A stretch of 64,000 nt of DNA from Callorhinchus milii (Eukaryota). The stretch is from the NCBI RefSeq assembly GCF_018977255.1, contig NW_024704743.1:108316001-108380000 (forward strand). Direction: 5' to 3'. The translations under genes were made by a program, and so were the position numbers. The notes under the pieces are model-generated. The model was not told the origin of the DNA. It made no database searches and was given only the letters and a program-made list of their open reading frames with translations. Positions 1-13,580 of this stretch are shown in pieces; the first letter of the stretch is position 1, and every line of letters begins with the position of its first letter.

Positions 1-859
1 GCTTCACACTAAATAGTGTATTTATACCAAAAGTGTTATGTGCCAAATGTGGTACAGTAACAGCAAATTTGATTCTGATTCAAATATATTTGTGCCTTGG
101 GTGTTGTAAGAAAAGAGGGCGCTTTAAGAACTCCCATGTAGAATGCAATTGAAAAGGTTAATGAATACCGAGCTTTATCCGGTCTTGAATAAAGTGTAAG
201 TGAAGGCATGTGGAAGCCACAAAATATGCACAACATTTAGGTAGCTGTCCAATAATAGTAATAATAATAATAATCCTTGCATTTAATATAGCCCCTTTTA
301 TGGATAAAATGTGGCAGCCAGTTGCGCACAACATAGCCATGGAATGAGTGACCAATTTTATTTCAAGATTGTTGTCCAAGACAATAAGAGAAAATCCCTT
401 CTCTTTTCAAATTGTGCCATGGGACCTGTAACGTCCACCTGAACAGGCAGATTTGGACGGGAACTCGGTTTAACGTATCATCCAAAGGACAGCACCTCCA
501 ACAATGCTACACACCCCCAGCACTGGAGTATCATCTTATAATGTTACTATTTCTAGTTGTGAGCAGACAATCCATCAGAAAAACGTTACTTTGCTTGTGA
601 AATTCCCTCCTCTGTACACAATTCACCTAATAATTCACTGAAGTTACTCCATTTGTTATGCTCATTCTTTCTGTGCTTCTTAAATAATGAAAGGAACACT
701 CATATTATCACTTTTGCATTATTTTTCCTAAATCTGTCCACCTATGTACCCTGCACTCATTTAGTTCCTTTAGGGATGGTTTTGATAAGGTAAATACATA
801 GTTTAACAAAGTGACGAGTCAGTATCGGAAGTCACAAGGTAGTATAAATGTACAATTAC

Positions 860-1395
860 ACTAACATATCTGAAAGAGAGTTTAGGAGGAACTTCTTTAC
901 TCACTGTGGTTGAAGCAAAACACATCAACGCATTAAGCGGAAACGTAATGCATACATGTAAGAACAGGGAATAGAAGGATATGGGGAGACACTAGGGAGA
1001 CAGAATTAGGAGGGTTGGAGGCTCATGTAAAGTATAAACATTGACATGGATTAGTTGGGCTCAACAGCCTGTTTCTGTGCTGAAGATTCTATGCAATTCC
1101 ATTTAATTCTAGTTTGAAGAAAGCATAAATTGAGGATCATCGCCATAAGAAAATGAAAAAATTAGAATATATTTTTGCACGGAGATTTGCTCAAATGCTG
1201 GACCATAAATGGGTGTTTTAGCCAAATCCTTAACAACATTTTAAAGAGAATTGGATACTTACTTGAGAAAATCAATATTAAAGGGTACTGTGAAAGAGCA
1301 GGGGAATTGAAACAGATGGCACTAGTGGGGAAGTTTTGCTTGCACCAGGCATGATGGACTGAATGGCCTCCTTCTGTGCTGTGAACTTCTGATGC
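860..1395 (+). mobile_element. Two tandem CR1 3'-end fragments
   Basis: Ends gggctcaacagcctgtttctgtgctg and ggactgaatggcctccttctgtgctg are typical CR1 3' UTR termini. Confidence 0.7.
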
Positions 1396-3640
1396 ACTTC
1401 AGTTATGCTAAATAGCCTTCCTTCTCTTGCCTCTCTTATGCTTTGTGCAGCATCTTGAAAATTCCATTTAAATTAGACATCAAAGGCAGCTATTGCCCCA
1501 ACAAAGATATATAGTATTTTGATAAACTCTTAAAAGAGCTAGTTCACATTTTGATCTCTGTGGTTTTTTGACACATTAAGCGTTCCCATTGTTAGCTCAC
1601 AGCCTCACACTAAAACCAGCTCCACGAGGTACGCAAAGGGGCTGTCAATCATATTTGACGCAGGCTTTGCTGGTGCTATGAAATCCTCCCAACATGAAAG
1701 CACTGTATCAAATGCAAGGATTATTATATCATAAAGCCTTCCACTCAGGTGCCTTCCTGGAATGTGGTCAAACATTGCCTCGCCAAACAGTTCAGGAAAC
1801 AACCCAGTTCACACCAGAGAATATTTTGGATAACTGACAGTGTATTAATGATAATATTATACTGAATTAAATGATACTAATTCAAGTTGATAACTGCTAC
1901 AGTGAAATAATTTGACATGCAGGGCATGCTGAGGCAAACAGCTAGTTTGGTTAACTGGTCGATTTAGATAAGTGGCATGTAGATAAATGTCTTCTGATTG
2001 TATTTTGTGCTGATAGAGATTCAGATGAGCACTGGAACAAATGATTAAAACGTGCTGGTTTTGAAGCCCAGATAAAGTGCCATGATAAAGGGATTACAGT
2101 TTCCATCCTTGCATATATTATGCAAATAGGAGACCAAAAAAGAATATAGAATGAAAAGCTCGTATTTCCATATTGCCTTATCACATCAAAACACCTGAAT
2201 GCAGTTTTCAGTAATTCTTCAAGTGTGGTGACTATTTTTGCAAGCAATCCTGCACTTTGCACACGGCAAGGCCTCACAAAACAGCCATGAGATGAATGAC
2301 CAATTTAAGTGCAGAATTGTTAGCCAAGACATCTGGTGAAACTCCTCCCTCTTTCCGAATCGTATCATGGAATCTTTAATGCCCATCTCAGGACAGGCAG
2401 ATTGGATTTCAATTAAATATCACATCCAAAAGAATACAGCGCTGCAATACTGCATCGGAATGTCAGCCTGGATTATGAACTCAAGTCGTGATGTGGATCT
2501 TAAAACCCACAATTTTAATAATAAACTTCATTTCTGCAGTCCTTATAATCTGCTCCCTTCCCACATCCCCCAATTCTGACAAAAAGTCATTGACAATGTT
2601 AACTAATTTTCCTTTCTCCATAGATGCTGCCTGACTTGCTGAGTGTTCCCAGTGACTTCTGTTTATATTTCAGATTTCCAGCGTCTGTAGAATTTTGCCC
2701 CTTTCCTTTGTTTTTGATGTAGCTTATTTACTATAGAGTGCAGTAAATGTATTTTGAGGGCAAACGTGGTAATTAATTTGCAAAGTCCCACAAATAGCCC
2801 TGCCAGCACTTCCTGTCACTCCCCTCCCGTACCAACTTCTCAGGTTGGACTCCCACTCAGTCTTTGTGAAGCACTTTGGAACATTCTTCCTACATAAAAG
2901 CCACTTCATAAGTGTTAATTGATGTTTTGATGTTAATACCCTTCAGTTTGCAGCCAAGATAGAAAAAAAAATTATCATGCTGTCTGTCTATCCAGAAACC
3001 CGTGCTGCAAAGTGTGCATGCATTGGAGCGTCAGGTGAACAATGGGGTCAAACGTGGCTTGATATGTCCTGTTAATGAACAGCCTGCTAACACTGACTGT
3101 CAAGGATCACATAAGAATAATAGCAACTTGGACTGATCCAATTTAAAGGCACCGAAGGTTGACAAAAATCTTGAGAATAATCCTCCAGTTTAAGGAATCG
3201 GGAGTGAAGACACCTTCAGATGAGGGAAGGAAGGCAATAAACGTCTTAAGTTTCAAACAGCCAATTAAACTATATCAACTTTCCTAGTGAATTGTAACCA
3301 ACCAGTTACTTTCATCTCCATGAACTTCCTGCTGGTTCTTTTTCCAGCCTGGGAATGTTGGCTGAGTCTGGTACTCTGGCTGGTAAAGCCAACTCAAAGG
3401 TTGAAACATACAATGTTAACTGACCACCAAGATGAAGGAGACAAAATCATTTTTCATCTTACTTGCTCTTTGCATATAATTGTGGTTAAATGCGGTCTTG
3501 CAATGCGGCATCAATATCAATCCAAGACACTCATTATAATTGAGTGTTCTTCATATGCTAGACAGATAGCAGATGAAGTTGCTGGCATATTTCCATACTG
3601 TATGTATGGCTATTACTGTATATATTGTGTATATCCCTTC

Positions 3641-3880
3641 ATGCTCTCACACCTCCCTACCTATCCGATTTGCTTACCCCTCCCTCCACCACCCCCTGCC
3701 TCCGCTCGGTCGACTCCGGCCTCCTGTTCGTCCCTTGCACCGTCCTCGCCACCATCGGTAGCCATGCTTTCAGCCACTTTGTTCTGGAACTCACTCCCTC
3801 AACCTCTCCACCTTGCCCCCTCCCTCCCCACTTTCAAATCCTGCCTAAAGACTTTTTTGATCATGCTTATGGTCACCTCA
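3641..3880 (+). mobile_element. L2 3' fragment
   Basis: PPYLSDLL...LWNSLP-type remnants (FWNSLP, FKSCLKTFL). Confidence 0.75.
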
Positions 3881-5870
3881 AGACTGTATGGTGACTCCAG
3901 ACTGTATGCTGAGAAAGCTTAGACTGTGAATTCAAAGTCCAGACACGGTGCTTGAAAACACGTCCAGAGGCAGGTGTTACTAATTGCGCTGCTATAAAAG
4001 TCAACGTCACACTCAGTTATAGTGAGTTTCTTCAAATGTTAACGATTCCAAAACGTAACTGCACTCTATATTGGCAATTTTGCATCGCAAAATAAACACA
4101 CACAATTTAATGTATTGAAGGATCAGTCCCAAAATAAACATTGTCAAAATTGATTTTATTGAGGTTTATCTCAAAGATCTGGAGCACATAGATGCTAGAT
4201 GCACAGTACAAGCATAATCTGCTCTGAAGATAAAAAGAGTATCAATCTAAAGATCAAAGCAATGAGTATAAAGAGATAAGCAAACAGCTTCAAAAGGAAG
4301 TGGCATTTCCTTCAGAGAAAATAGTTTTCACAAAAATCACAGTAAAAAGGAAAGTTGCATTAAATTTACAAAAGAATATTCATTACAGTTTCAGGCCTCA
4401 TCCTGTCTCAGTTGGTAGCACTCTGGTAGCAACTCAAAGTGCCTGACTCCACATTAGGATTCTGGCCTCAGAGTACAGGAGATTCCCTGCAGAAAATGCT
4501 GTTGCTGCAACTCCACAGAGCTGTGATCTTTCCACAACTATTTATTTTCAAATACCGAATCGATTAAATGAACCTACTGCGTAAGGATCAACCTAAAACC
4601 CACAACAAAAAGTCCAGACCTTAGGTGTTTGAGAATTGCTTTCTCCCCTGGGTGGTGATATGTATTCCTGGAATTTGTGGGACAGACATAAAAGCAGCCA
4701 AGAAATACAATGTTTTTATAAAGTGTAAACAGAGGTACAGGTGGAGAAAGCTCTCTGGACCATTTGATGTCATCCTCCCATCTTCCCAATACAGCATCAA
4801 AGTGTTTCTTAAATGTGCCCAGTGTTTTGGCCACGACCACGGTTCCTATTCCAGCTGTTAATTACCCTCAATGTAAAGAAATACTTCCTGGTGCCTATCT
4901 GAAAATTGCCTTTCACAGCCCTGGACCCTCTTGTCCTGCTGCATTGATGTAACTTAATAATATAATAAAATTAATCCTTGCATTTGATATAGCGTTTTCA
5001 ACTCTTCTAGACTTCTCAAAGCGCTTCACAGAATATACTTTTAAGTGAATTGACTGTATAATTGTGGTGAATTTAACACATTGTTGTGGGTTTATTTTCT
5101 CTGTCCCATTTAGAATCTTCTATACCTCTACAGTTCCCTCTGAGATGTCTCTTTTCGAGACTTTTGACAAATTTGTTTCATCACAGCACAAGGCATGCAC
5201 TTTGCCCTTTGAAACAATTGGCACTGAATGGGGTCATTTACCAAACAGGCAATAAATTGAGAAGCACACTCATTGAGGTTAGAATTATTCAGAGGTTAGA
5301 AACAGACATACAATTTTTACAAACCACAGCCACAGAATCACTTTGGTCCAGTCCCTAATGAAGAACAAGCTGCCATAGCGAACAATCACAAACTACTGTA
5401 CTTTTCCAACCATTGGGCTTTGGCAAAACCAGCAAATTACAGGAGAATTCACAGTGTGACTAATGTGATTTACTTAAAGCACTCAATGTGTTAATATTAG
5501 GCATCCATTAAGAGATATGATTTGGTGATAGTTTGGCCGTCTATAACACAATACTTATTCTGCCTGCTGAATATTTAACAAGCAGCTACCGGGAGTAGAG
5601 GCTTCTGAGTAAATTGACCTGAATATAGATGAGGGTATCATAGAGGCAGCTGTGAATTACAGGATCATTTCATGTGTGAAAGATCCACAACTCACAAGCG
5701 CCGAAGTGTTACAAGATTTTAAAGGCAGTAACTTCCATCTGGGAAATATCATGTGGTTGATTTTATACACATTGGTGCTTTCGTAGTATTTTAAGTGTGA
5801 TTTACTATTAATTTCAAATAGTGCCTTTCCCCACACAGTATGAACACACAGCAGGTAGGTTAATCAGTTA

Positions 5871-5876
5871 TTTATT
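5871..5876 (-). terminator. Candidate GGH polyadenylation signal AATAAA
   Basis: First minus-strand AATAAA seen, about 115 nt past the stop codon. More distal hexamers exist, so usage is unproven. Confidence 0.4.
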
Positions 5877-5989
5877 ACTGACAACATTGTAAGGAAGAAC
5901 AGGACTGCCTGGGCACAGCAATCGCTGATGGATCAAGAGCCAAGTAATTTGATATAATCTGCCAAAATCCACTTCATCTGAAGTATGAC

Positions 5990-6111
5990 CTAATCGATGA
6001 AGTACATTTGTTGAAAATTAGAGATGTCTCCAGTATAAATCGACAAGTAATTGTGAATCAAAGCTTTTGCTTCTTCAGTTTCGTTAGAAAAATGATGGAG
6101 GTTTTTCCGAG
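5990..6111 (-). CDS. GGH: GGH coding exon 9 (ARKNLHHFSNETEEAKALIHNYLSIYTGDISNFQQMYFID*)
   Basis: ARKN-HHF...EE-KALI...FQQ-Y C-terminus; ttttcag acceptor, TAG stop at 5992-5990. Confidence 0.96.
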
Positions 6112-7023
6112 CTGAAAAACAAAAAGGTGGCTTATTTTTCCACAGGCTTTCTTTGTAACCCAATGTGTAAGATTTGCAATTATAACAACAATTTGCAATT
6201 ACATAGAACTCTTCACATAGAAGAATAAACATTTTACAAGGAAGGGGTCAGAAGCCAACACAGGAGGAGGACAGGTAGGTATCCGACAGTCAAAGAGATA
6301 AGTTTCTGGGTGGGATTTTTAAGCAAAAGAGAGGGAGACAAGACTGAGGATAGAGGGAGAGTGATCCAGAGGTAGTAGTAGCAGCAGAGGAGGAGGCCAG
6401 AGTAAGCCCGAGGGAAGGAGGCGGGCAGAGGACTGGAGTAGGAGAAAGTCAGAGAGAGGGTGTGAATGAATGATCTGAAGAAATTAAATGTAAGCTGCAT
6501 TTAACTTGAATGAGATTCCTGGTTTTGCTTGTATGGGTCAGTATAGGTGGGTAAAGAGAGTGGGGAATACCGAATAGAAATTTCGCAAGGAAATTCTGAA
6601 CTTGGCAAAGGGATTATTCTCCAGTGTTTGTAGTGAGTGTGGTGCTCAAAGGCTGTGGTGATCTGCTGGACAGGTTTGGTTTAATACCTCAGCTCAAGAA
6701 CTAGTGTAACGGCGCTAAAGTGCTCTTATTTGGGAAGAGTGGAACAGGCTTGATGGGCTGAATGGCCTCCTCCTGTGTCTGAGAGAGTTTGCTTCCCTCC
6801 AGGCAAAATCAACCCATTTGGCAGGAGTGCTGCTTACCACTGTATCCTGCAGCTGGTGGGAGTGGATTATTTTGACACTAGACAGAGTATCGAGTGGATT
6901 TGAGCATGTTCTGGTAATAGCAAACCACTTCTTAAAGTACATATTCCAATGACATCGAAAGGTTACACCAGCATGGCTATTCCAAGAGCTCTGAGGAGGA
7001 TCTTTATGAAACGCTGCGGATTA

Positions 7024-7410
7024 GGTGTCAGCCTGTCAGTTGGTAGCAACCTATGCCTCAGAGTCAGAACATTGTGGGTTCAAGGCCCAGGTCGCAACTT
7101 CGAGCTCAGGCTGACACTCCGATACAGTGCTGGGGGAATGTAGCATTGTTAAAGGTGCCTTCTTTTGGATGAGACATTAAACTGTCTGCTTGTTCAGGAT
7201 CCCACATTAATGATCCTATGGCACTATTGCACAAATAGAAGGGGAATTCTCCCATTATGCTGGTCATTACCCCTCTCTTTCCTAAATAAAATTGATCATT
7301 CACTTCAAGGTTTCATGTGAAACACTGCTGTGGGCAAAGTGGCTGCTGTGTTTGCCTTAAAATACACAGTAAAACCTGTGACGCTGCTTTGTGGCATCCT
7401 CCCAATGCGA
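7024..7410 (+). mobile_element. Older Deu-domain SINE (SacSINE1/AmnSINE1-like). Further copies at about 265-540(-), 2175-2510(-), 9540-9900(-), 12038-12195(-), 12735-13040(+), 20150-20360(-), 38500-38900(-), 43318-43672(+), 44470-44850(+), 54400-54990(+)
   Basis: Recurrent body gctgacactcc...ggatgagacattaaac...ttcaggtggacgttaaagatcccatggcactatt...gtgtcctggccaa. Family name assigned from recalled similarity, not from a search. Confidence 0.75.
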
Positions 7411-7532
7411 AAGAATATAAGGAATCAAATATAAGGAATATTATTAATTTTAGCAAACTTGCAAAATCCAAACTCTTTACAGATTTACAAAATTCACCTG
7501 ACAGATGAATTATTTTTCTTGTTCGTCCATAC

Positions 7533-7670
7533 CTTCATTAACAAAAAACTCAGCCATGTACCATGCTGCTTTCACAGCTGTCAAGGAATGTGGGATGTTT
7601 TCTTTTTTGCTCCATTCATAAGGATTTTTCTCAGGATGCCACTGAACTGCATAAATAGGGTAGTTGCGTG
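7533..7670 (-). CDS. GGH: GGH coding exon 8 ([46 protein letters not shown]), catalytic His/Glu
   Basis: QWHPEK motif; atgcag acceptor, G|GTATG donor. Confidence 0.97.
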
Positions 7671-7789
7671 CTGCATTAAATCAAACAAATCATTAATCTT
7701 CCATAATTCCACTTTTTTCTGGTCAAATAAGTCGCCTTGCTTTAAGCATTCTGGTACATCCAGGACAGATTGCACAAATACTACAAAAT

Positions 7790-8073
7790 TTGTAAGTGAA
7801 AGACCTGAGTTCAGTTCCAGGCAGGGCGAAACCTTGGGCAAGTTTCCTTACTCCACACACCTAATAATAATCCCTCCAAAAACCAAAAACAATAATAAAT
7901 TGGTCATTTTCAATCTACGACTGTTTGTGGGACATTGCTGTGCGCAATTGGCTGCCGCGTTCGCCCACAAATATAGTCAATTACTTTACAGTGTGTTCTG
8001 TGAAGCGCTTTGGGACGTCCTCCCGATGTGAAAAGCGCTATATCAAATGCAAGGATTATTATTATTATTATTA
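7790..8073 (+). mobile_element. Young SINE, short type, slightly 5'-truncated, GGH intron 7
   Basis: Near-identical to 40501-40814. Confidence 0.9.
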
Positions 8074-8471
8074 AGAGTAAACAGATCCCCAGTCGTAGGA
8101 TTAGAGGATTTCAGAAACACTGCAGTGTAAATGCACTGCACCAGGTGAATGTTTCTATTCTTGCACCCTCTCTTCCTTTTAATTCCCCCTCCCTCCACCA
8201 TCATTTTACATCTTTACATTTGTCAACTGAATTTTTTTCTGGTACATAGGCTTGTATATAAGTATTTTTAAAGCCATTGTGACAACTTGGGTTTATGCTG
8301 GGGAGTTCAAACTAGTAGCAAAGTGCAGTTAGACAGCCATTCATTACAATTGGGAATTGCTCATTCATGATTTAGTTTGAGCTTTGGGATTTGCTGCGTG
8401 GGCTTGAGAGGTCAACACTGTAATACAAGAGTAAAAGATACTTTAATAACTGAAATTGGAAAGCTTTATTT

Positions 8472-8780
8472 TGTGGAGTCTTGTAATTTATTGGTTAGAA
8501 CATTCGCTTCGCAAGCGAGAGGACCTGGGTTCAATTCCCGGTAGGGCAAACAAGTTTCCTTATTCCACACGCCTCTGTAAGTAGGAATGTGGTTGTTAGT
8601 CGATTGGCGGATCACTTTTCTGGGGGCAATAATTTGTTTAAAATAAAAAAAAATAATTTGGTCACTCAATCCACGACTATTTGTGGGATACTGCTGTATG
8701 CAATTGGCTGCTGTGTTTCGCCCACAAAATATACAGTCAGTTCACTTTACAATATATTCTGTAAATATATATTATTATTA
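8472..8780 (+). mobile_element. SINE, long type, decayed
   Basis: tRNA-like head plus gtaagtaggaa...gattggcggatc middle. Confidence 0.85.
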
Positions 8781-9162
8781 TTTAGAAGTGGCAAGGTCCT
8801 GATAGTGTAGTTTCACTCGTTCATGAGACATCCCACACAGAATGAATCACTGCTGACACTGACTGAGAATCTTAATGAACAGTTTGAGGCAGCCTAGGAA
8901 TAATGTGCACCTCTCTCATTCTGCACTAATCACCTGCTACAGGCCACGTCTCCTCTGTACAGATGCAATAAAGATAGCATCTGGCAGCATCTTGGGAGGC
9001 ATTGACTACAGCAAGAAAGATGCATAATGGCATGTTTAGAAGTTATTACGCGAATTAATAACACAAATGCCATGACCGTAAAGATGACAATAAAACTGCA
9101 ACTCTGCACTAAGTGAAAACAAAACACATTTAATTATTTTGGATGCAACTATTTGCACATAC

Positions 9163-9256
9163 CTTCCATGGTGGATATAAACTGCAACCCCTGGCTGTCC
9201 GTGTTAGTGGTCAGGATCCTGTAGGAATTACTCAGTTTTGCATTGCTGGTAAAATT
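9163..9256 (-). CDS. GGH: GGH coding exon 7 (NFTSNAKLSNSYRILTTNTDSQGLQFISTME)
   Basis: LTTNTD...FISTME motif; tttcag acceptor, G|GTATG donor. Confidence 0.95.
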
Positions 9257-10276
9257 CTGAAATTAATCACAAAGACACTTTATTAGCATTACCATTGCTG
9301 GAATGATTCTACACTCAACATTGTCTTCGACTGTAATTACAACACAACCCAAAAATGTGCCTCGGTACAGGAGGAGGACGTTGGTGGCAAAAAAGATGGA
9401 AGATCAAAGCACATCAACAAAGCAGCAGCAACCTTCATAGTCACTTGATCTTTGGGGAGAGGAGATTGCATGCATCTAGCACAAATAAGAATAAAATGAT
9501 ACAGTTGGACGTATTGACCTTTATACCGATAGACAAATGCAGTAATAATAATCTTTGCATTTGATATAGTACCTTATCACATCCTTAAAACACCTCAGTG
9601 CTTCAGACCATTTACTTAAAGTGTAATGTCTGTGTATTTGTAGGTAAAAATGGCAGTCAATTGATACAACAGCAATTTCCACAAACAACCATGAAGTGAA
9701 TGACCATTTTTATTTATCTGCGTGAATGTTGGCCAAGACACCGGGAGAAACCCCCTCCTCTTTTTGTAATAATGCCGTGCGATCTTTAATGTGGGATCCT
9801 AAACATCTCGTTTGAAGAATTACACCTCTGAAAATACAGAATCCCTTCACCTCTGCATTGGAGTTTGATCATAGACTGCGAGCTCAAAATCCCAACATGG
9901 GTCCCAAAGTATTATTGGATACAAGTGAACCAAAATGTACTGGCTATCTGTGCTGATGTGGTTTTCGTGCGGACATCAGGATTCTGTGTGTGTGGGATAG
10001 AGCAACTACAGTGCCGCTTTCAGCTAAATAATGCAACTCATCCCTTTTTAGTGGTAGTGCCAGTGGTAAATGCTGTTCATTTATTCATATTAGCCTTAGG
10101 TGCAATAATTTAGATGAGATATTACTAGATGTGGCTCAGTTAAGAAAAACACACCTTTGTGTTCTCTATAGAATATTTATACTCATATACTGGCCAGTGT
10201 TATGCATAACTCTATTATTTTTTGCACAATTCCTGAAGCTAGAAAGACCCCATACCATACCTTGATAGAATTATAC

Positions 10277-11058
10277 AACAACAACAAAATTACATTTATG
10301 TAGCGTCTTTCACGTCGGGAGGACGACCCAAGGTGCTGGACAGACAGAGTTACAGCCCAGAGCTAAAGGTCGGGGTGGGGGAGGGCAGGGGGGGAAGCAG
10401 GGAGATCGAAAGCACAGTCGAAGAGGAGGGTCTTGAGGTGGGTCTTGAAGTTGGCGAGGGAGGGGGTGAGATGGAGGGACTGCGGGATGGAGTTCCAGAG
10501 GGTGGGTGCAGAGTGGAGGAAGGTCCGCCCGACGATAGTGGGGCGAGCAAGGCGGAGGACGTGAAGCCTGCTGAGCGGAGGGAGCGAACAGGATGATAGA
10601 GGGTTAGGAGGTCGGAGAGGTAGGGGGGAGCAAGACCATGGAGGGCTTTGAAGGTGAGGATCAGGATCTTGAACTGTATCCTCTGTGTAATGGGAAGCCA
10701 GTGGAGTTGGGCAAGGATGGGCGTGATAGGGTCACGGAGCCTAGTGCGGGAGAGGACATGGGCTACAGAGTTCTGGATGATCTGCAGCCTGCGGAGGGAG
10801 GAGTTGGGGAGGCCGACAAGCAGTGAGTTTGCATAGTCAAGCCTCGATGTAATGAAGGCGTGTATGAGGGTTTCGGTGGCCTGCGATGTGAGACATTGCG
10901 GAGGTGGGAGAAGGCAGAATGGGTCATGGCGCGAATGTGGTATAGAAGGGATAGTTGAGGGTCGACCAAGACCCCAAGGTTCCAGACTGGTTTAGCAAGG
11001 TTGAGTGTGCAACCATGAATGGTGATACTGTCAACGCCTGAGGTGAGGAGGTGCTGAA
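10277..11058 (-). mobile_element. L2 LINE 3' fragment, GGH intron 6
   Basis: NLGVLVDPQLS motif and the same 3' stem-loop and (GTT)n tail as the other L2 copies. Confidence 0.9.
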
Positions 11059-11065
11059 GAGAGTC

Positions 11066-11203
11066 AATCAGGAGAGCCTCAGCACAGAAGGAGGCCATTC
11101 GACCCATCGGGTCTGTGCCAGCTCATTGAAAAGAGCTATCCAAATCAATCCCGCTCCCCCACTCTCTCTCCATAGCCGTGCAAACTTGTCCTCTCCAAAT
11201 AAT
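11066..11203 (-). mobile_element. CR1 3'-end fragment abutting the GGH exon 6 donor
   Basis: Minus strand reads ...gatgggtcgaatggcctccttctgtgctg, matching the CR1 terminus at 1352-1381. Confidence 0.8.
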
Positions 11204-11206
11204 TAC

Positions 11207-11313
11207 CTTCACAGACAGGCTCCATTTGTGAAAGTTTGCAGTCAGTGGTTCCTCAGCCAAGGCTTGCAATAGGTCTTTAGGAAACTTCTTGAACATTCGA
11301 CTGTCCCGTGATT
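11207..11313 (-). CDS. GGH: GGH coding exon 6 (ESRDSRMFKKFPKDLLQALAEEPLTANFHKWSLSVK)
   Basis: EPLTANFHKWSLS motif; gctcag acceptor, AAG|GTAATT donor. Confidence 0.96.
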
Positions 11314-11754
11314 CTGAGCAAAAGAACAGAAACTGAAACATGAATTAAGAGGAACTGAAAAGATCATTCAGAACATTTTAACTAAATTCATTCTCTGTTG
11401 TGCTCACATATCCCCTATAAACAGAGCTGTAGAATAACACGTCAACCTTTCCAATGTTTTCTCTACATCAGTGACACGTAACACAATACTCGACTCAGCT
11501 ACATATTTCAGAGCTGTACTAGGAACCAAACCCATTCCTTCTGTTCAGATTACACAGAGGGCTAGGTATCTATCTGTCTGTCCTGCTTGGTAAATTGGTT
11601 GCTACATTCGCCTACAAATGCACAATTACTACACTTTACATTAATTCCTTTGAAACACTTTGAGATCTTTCAATAATGTGATAAGGCGCTATATCAAATG
11701 CAAGGATTATTATAATTACAAATATGTACTGTGAGGAATGAACATCATTCTTAC

Positions 11755-11893
11755 CTTTTGTGAACGTCAAAGGAAGAGTCAGATTTGAGGTGTTTGTCAA
11801 TGTCAGAAGGTTTTCCCCACTGGTGGTAAAAGTCAATTCTTCAAACCCAAGACAAGTTCCCCACACTGGGAAGTGAGTACCATGATCATTTGC
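11755..11893 (-). CDS. GGH: GGH coding exon 5 ([46 protein letters not shown]), catalytic Cys
   Basis: [11 protein letters not shown] nucleophile elbow; taatag acceptor, G|GTAAG donor. Confidence 0.97.
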
Positions 11894-13216
11894 CTATTAA
11901 AAATCAGATTATTTTTCATGAATCTATTAGTGGTGAATGCATTCATCAGCCAGCAGTCTCACGTAAGCACTCTCCATTGCATATTTGGCAAATGAATGGT
12001 GTCTCCTCTAACGAAGTTTGTGAAACAAACAGCAGTAAATTGAATGACCCAATTTCATCTGGGGGATTGTTGGCCAGGACACGAGGAAAAACTCGTTTCT
12101 ATAGTGCCATGTGATCTTTAACTTCCATCTAAATAGGCCGATGGGACTTTGGTTTAATATCTCATCCGAAAGACTGAACCTCCAGTGCACCGCATACTAT
12201 TTTAGAGGATAATAAAGGCATCTTTAGAATCAATAGATGAGGAAGATTCCAGGTTTATTGCTTTCAAATTAATCTCTAGATTATACTGCACACACACACA
12301 ATTACAGGCAGAAGGCTGTCTGAGCAATCCATTTGAAGGTTGTTTTAAGATGCACATTAATTTGCACCACTGCAGTGTCAATGCAGGCAGTACAATTAAT
12401 CTGAATTTCATTCTAAAACTGTATTTTAAAAGTTCTTAGATGATCCTTACTGCTGCCCAGCTCTAATTAAACAATAATGCGATTTGAAGCAGGACCCATA
12501 AATCAGTTTTCCCTTCCACACATTATTTTACTGCAGGAAACAGTATGGCTGCAGCTGAAATGTTAACCTACCATCGACTTTCAGATGCCAAATGGCTATT
12601 GTGCATTCACAGCACTCTTGGTTATTATTTCCAGCATTTGAAGTATTTCTTGATATTGTCATGTCTGATGCCAATGACGGGCTTCATAGGTTTTTGCAAA
12701 TAAATGTGGTTTTCTTTGCTATTATGAATTCATGCTGACATTCCAATGCAGTGCCGGGAGTGTGTTGGAGATCCAGTCTTTAGATGAGATGGTAAACTGA
12801 GATCCTGCCTAAAGATTCAATGGAGCGGCATGAAGAGTTTCCTCAGTGTCCTGGCCAACAATCTGCCAGAAGAAAATGGTCCTTCACTTCACAGCTGTTT
12901 GTAGGACATTGCTGTGTGCAACTTGGCTTCTTCATTTGCCTACAAAATAGACAGTAACTCATTTTTACAGTAAATCCTGTGAAGTGCTTTCAGACGTTCT
13001 CCAGATGTGAAAGGTGCTATGTCAAATGCAAGGATATTTTTTCAAAAAAAGAGATCAAATTGGCAGATTCCTGTGAGTCTGCACTTTCAGATTTGTAAAA
13101 AAAAATTGATCTCATTAAGAAATGATAAAAAAATTACAAAATTGACTCCTGTAATGTGCATTATACAAAATTAAATTCCGAGATCAATATGGACTGAGTA
13201 AAGGAACTTAGTTAAT

Positions 13217-13580
13217 AGTCCTGTAGCTCAGTGGTTAGAGCACTCGCCTCGCAAGCGAGAGATCTGGGTTCGATTCCCAGCAGTGCGAAACGTTGTGCAA
13301 GTTTCCTTATTCCACACAGCTCTGTTTACCTAGCAGTAAGTAGGAACCCGGTTGTTAATTGGTGGATCACTTTTCTAGGGGTAATAATTCATTCAAAAAA
13401 GTAATAATAATCAATTGGTCACTTCAATCCACGATTGTTTGTGGGACACTGCTATGCGCAATTGGCTGCCGCGTTTCACCCACAAAATATACAGTCAATT
13501 CACTTTACAGTATATTCTGTGAAGCGCTTTGAGATGTCTCGAAGATGTGATAAGGCGCTGTATCAAATGCAAGGATTATT
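13217..13580 (+). mobile_element. SINE, long type, full length, GGH intron 4
   Basis: Head gtcctgtagctcagtggttagagcactcgcctcgcaagcgag (Ala-like CGC loop), B box GGTTCGATTCC, stem-loop tail. Confidence 0.92.

Noticed and set aside
2571..2605. Second hammerhead ribozyme
   Set aside because: The core is mutated (CTGACAA, no GAAA box); only a decayed relative of the 17930-17975 motif.
1..5800. Terminal exons of the expected neighbour NKAIN3 (e.g. AG...GT segment near 1581-1628; plus-strand AATAAA near 4091 and 4133)
   Set aside because: No recognisable NKAIN peptide could be read; synteny alone is not evidence.
7581..7841. ORF-track protein overlapping GGH exon 8
   Set aside because: Wrong frame and starts inside a SINE; the real exon frame contains QWHPE.
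13217..13290. tRNA-Ala genes at SINE heads (also 40501, 50130 and others)
   Set aside because: The acceptor stem does not close, and each head continues into the SINE body and tail.
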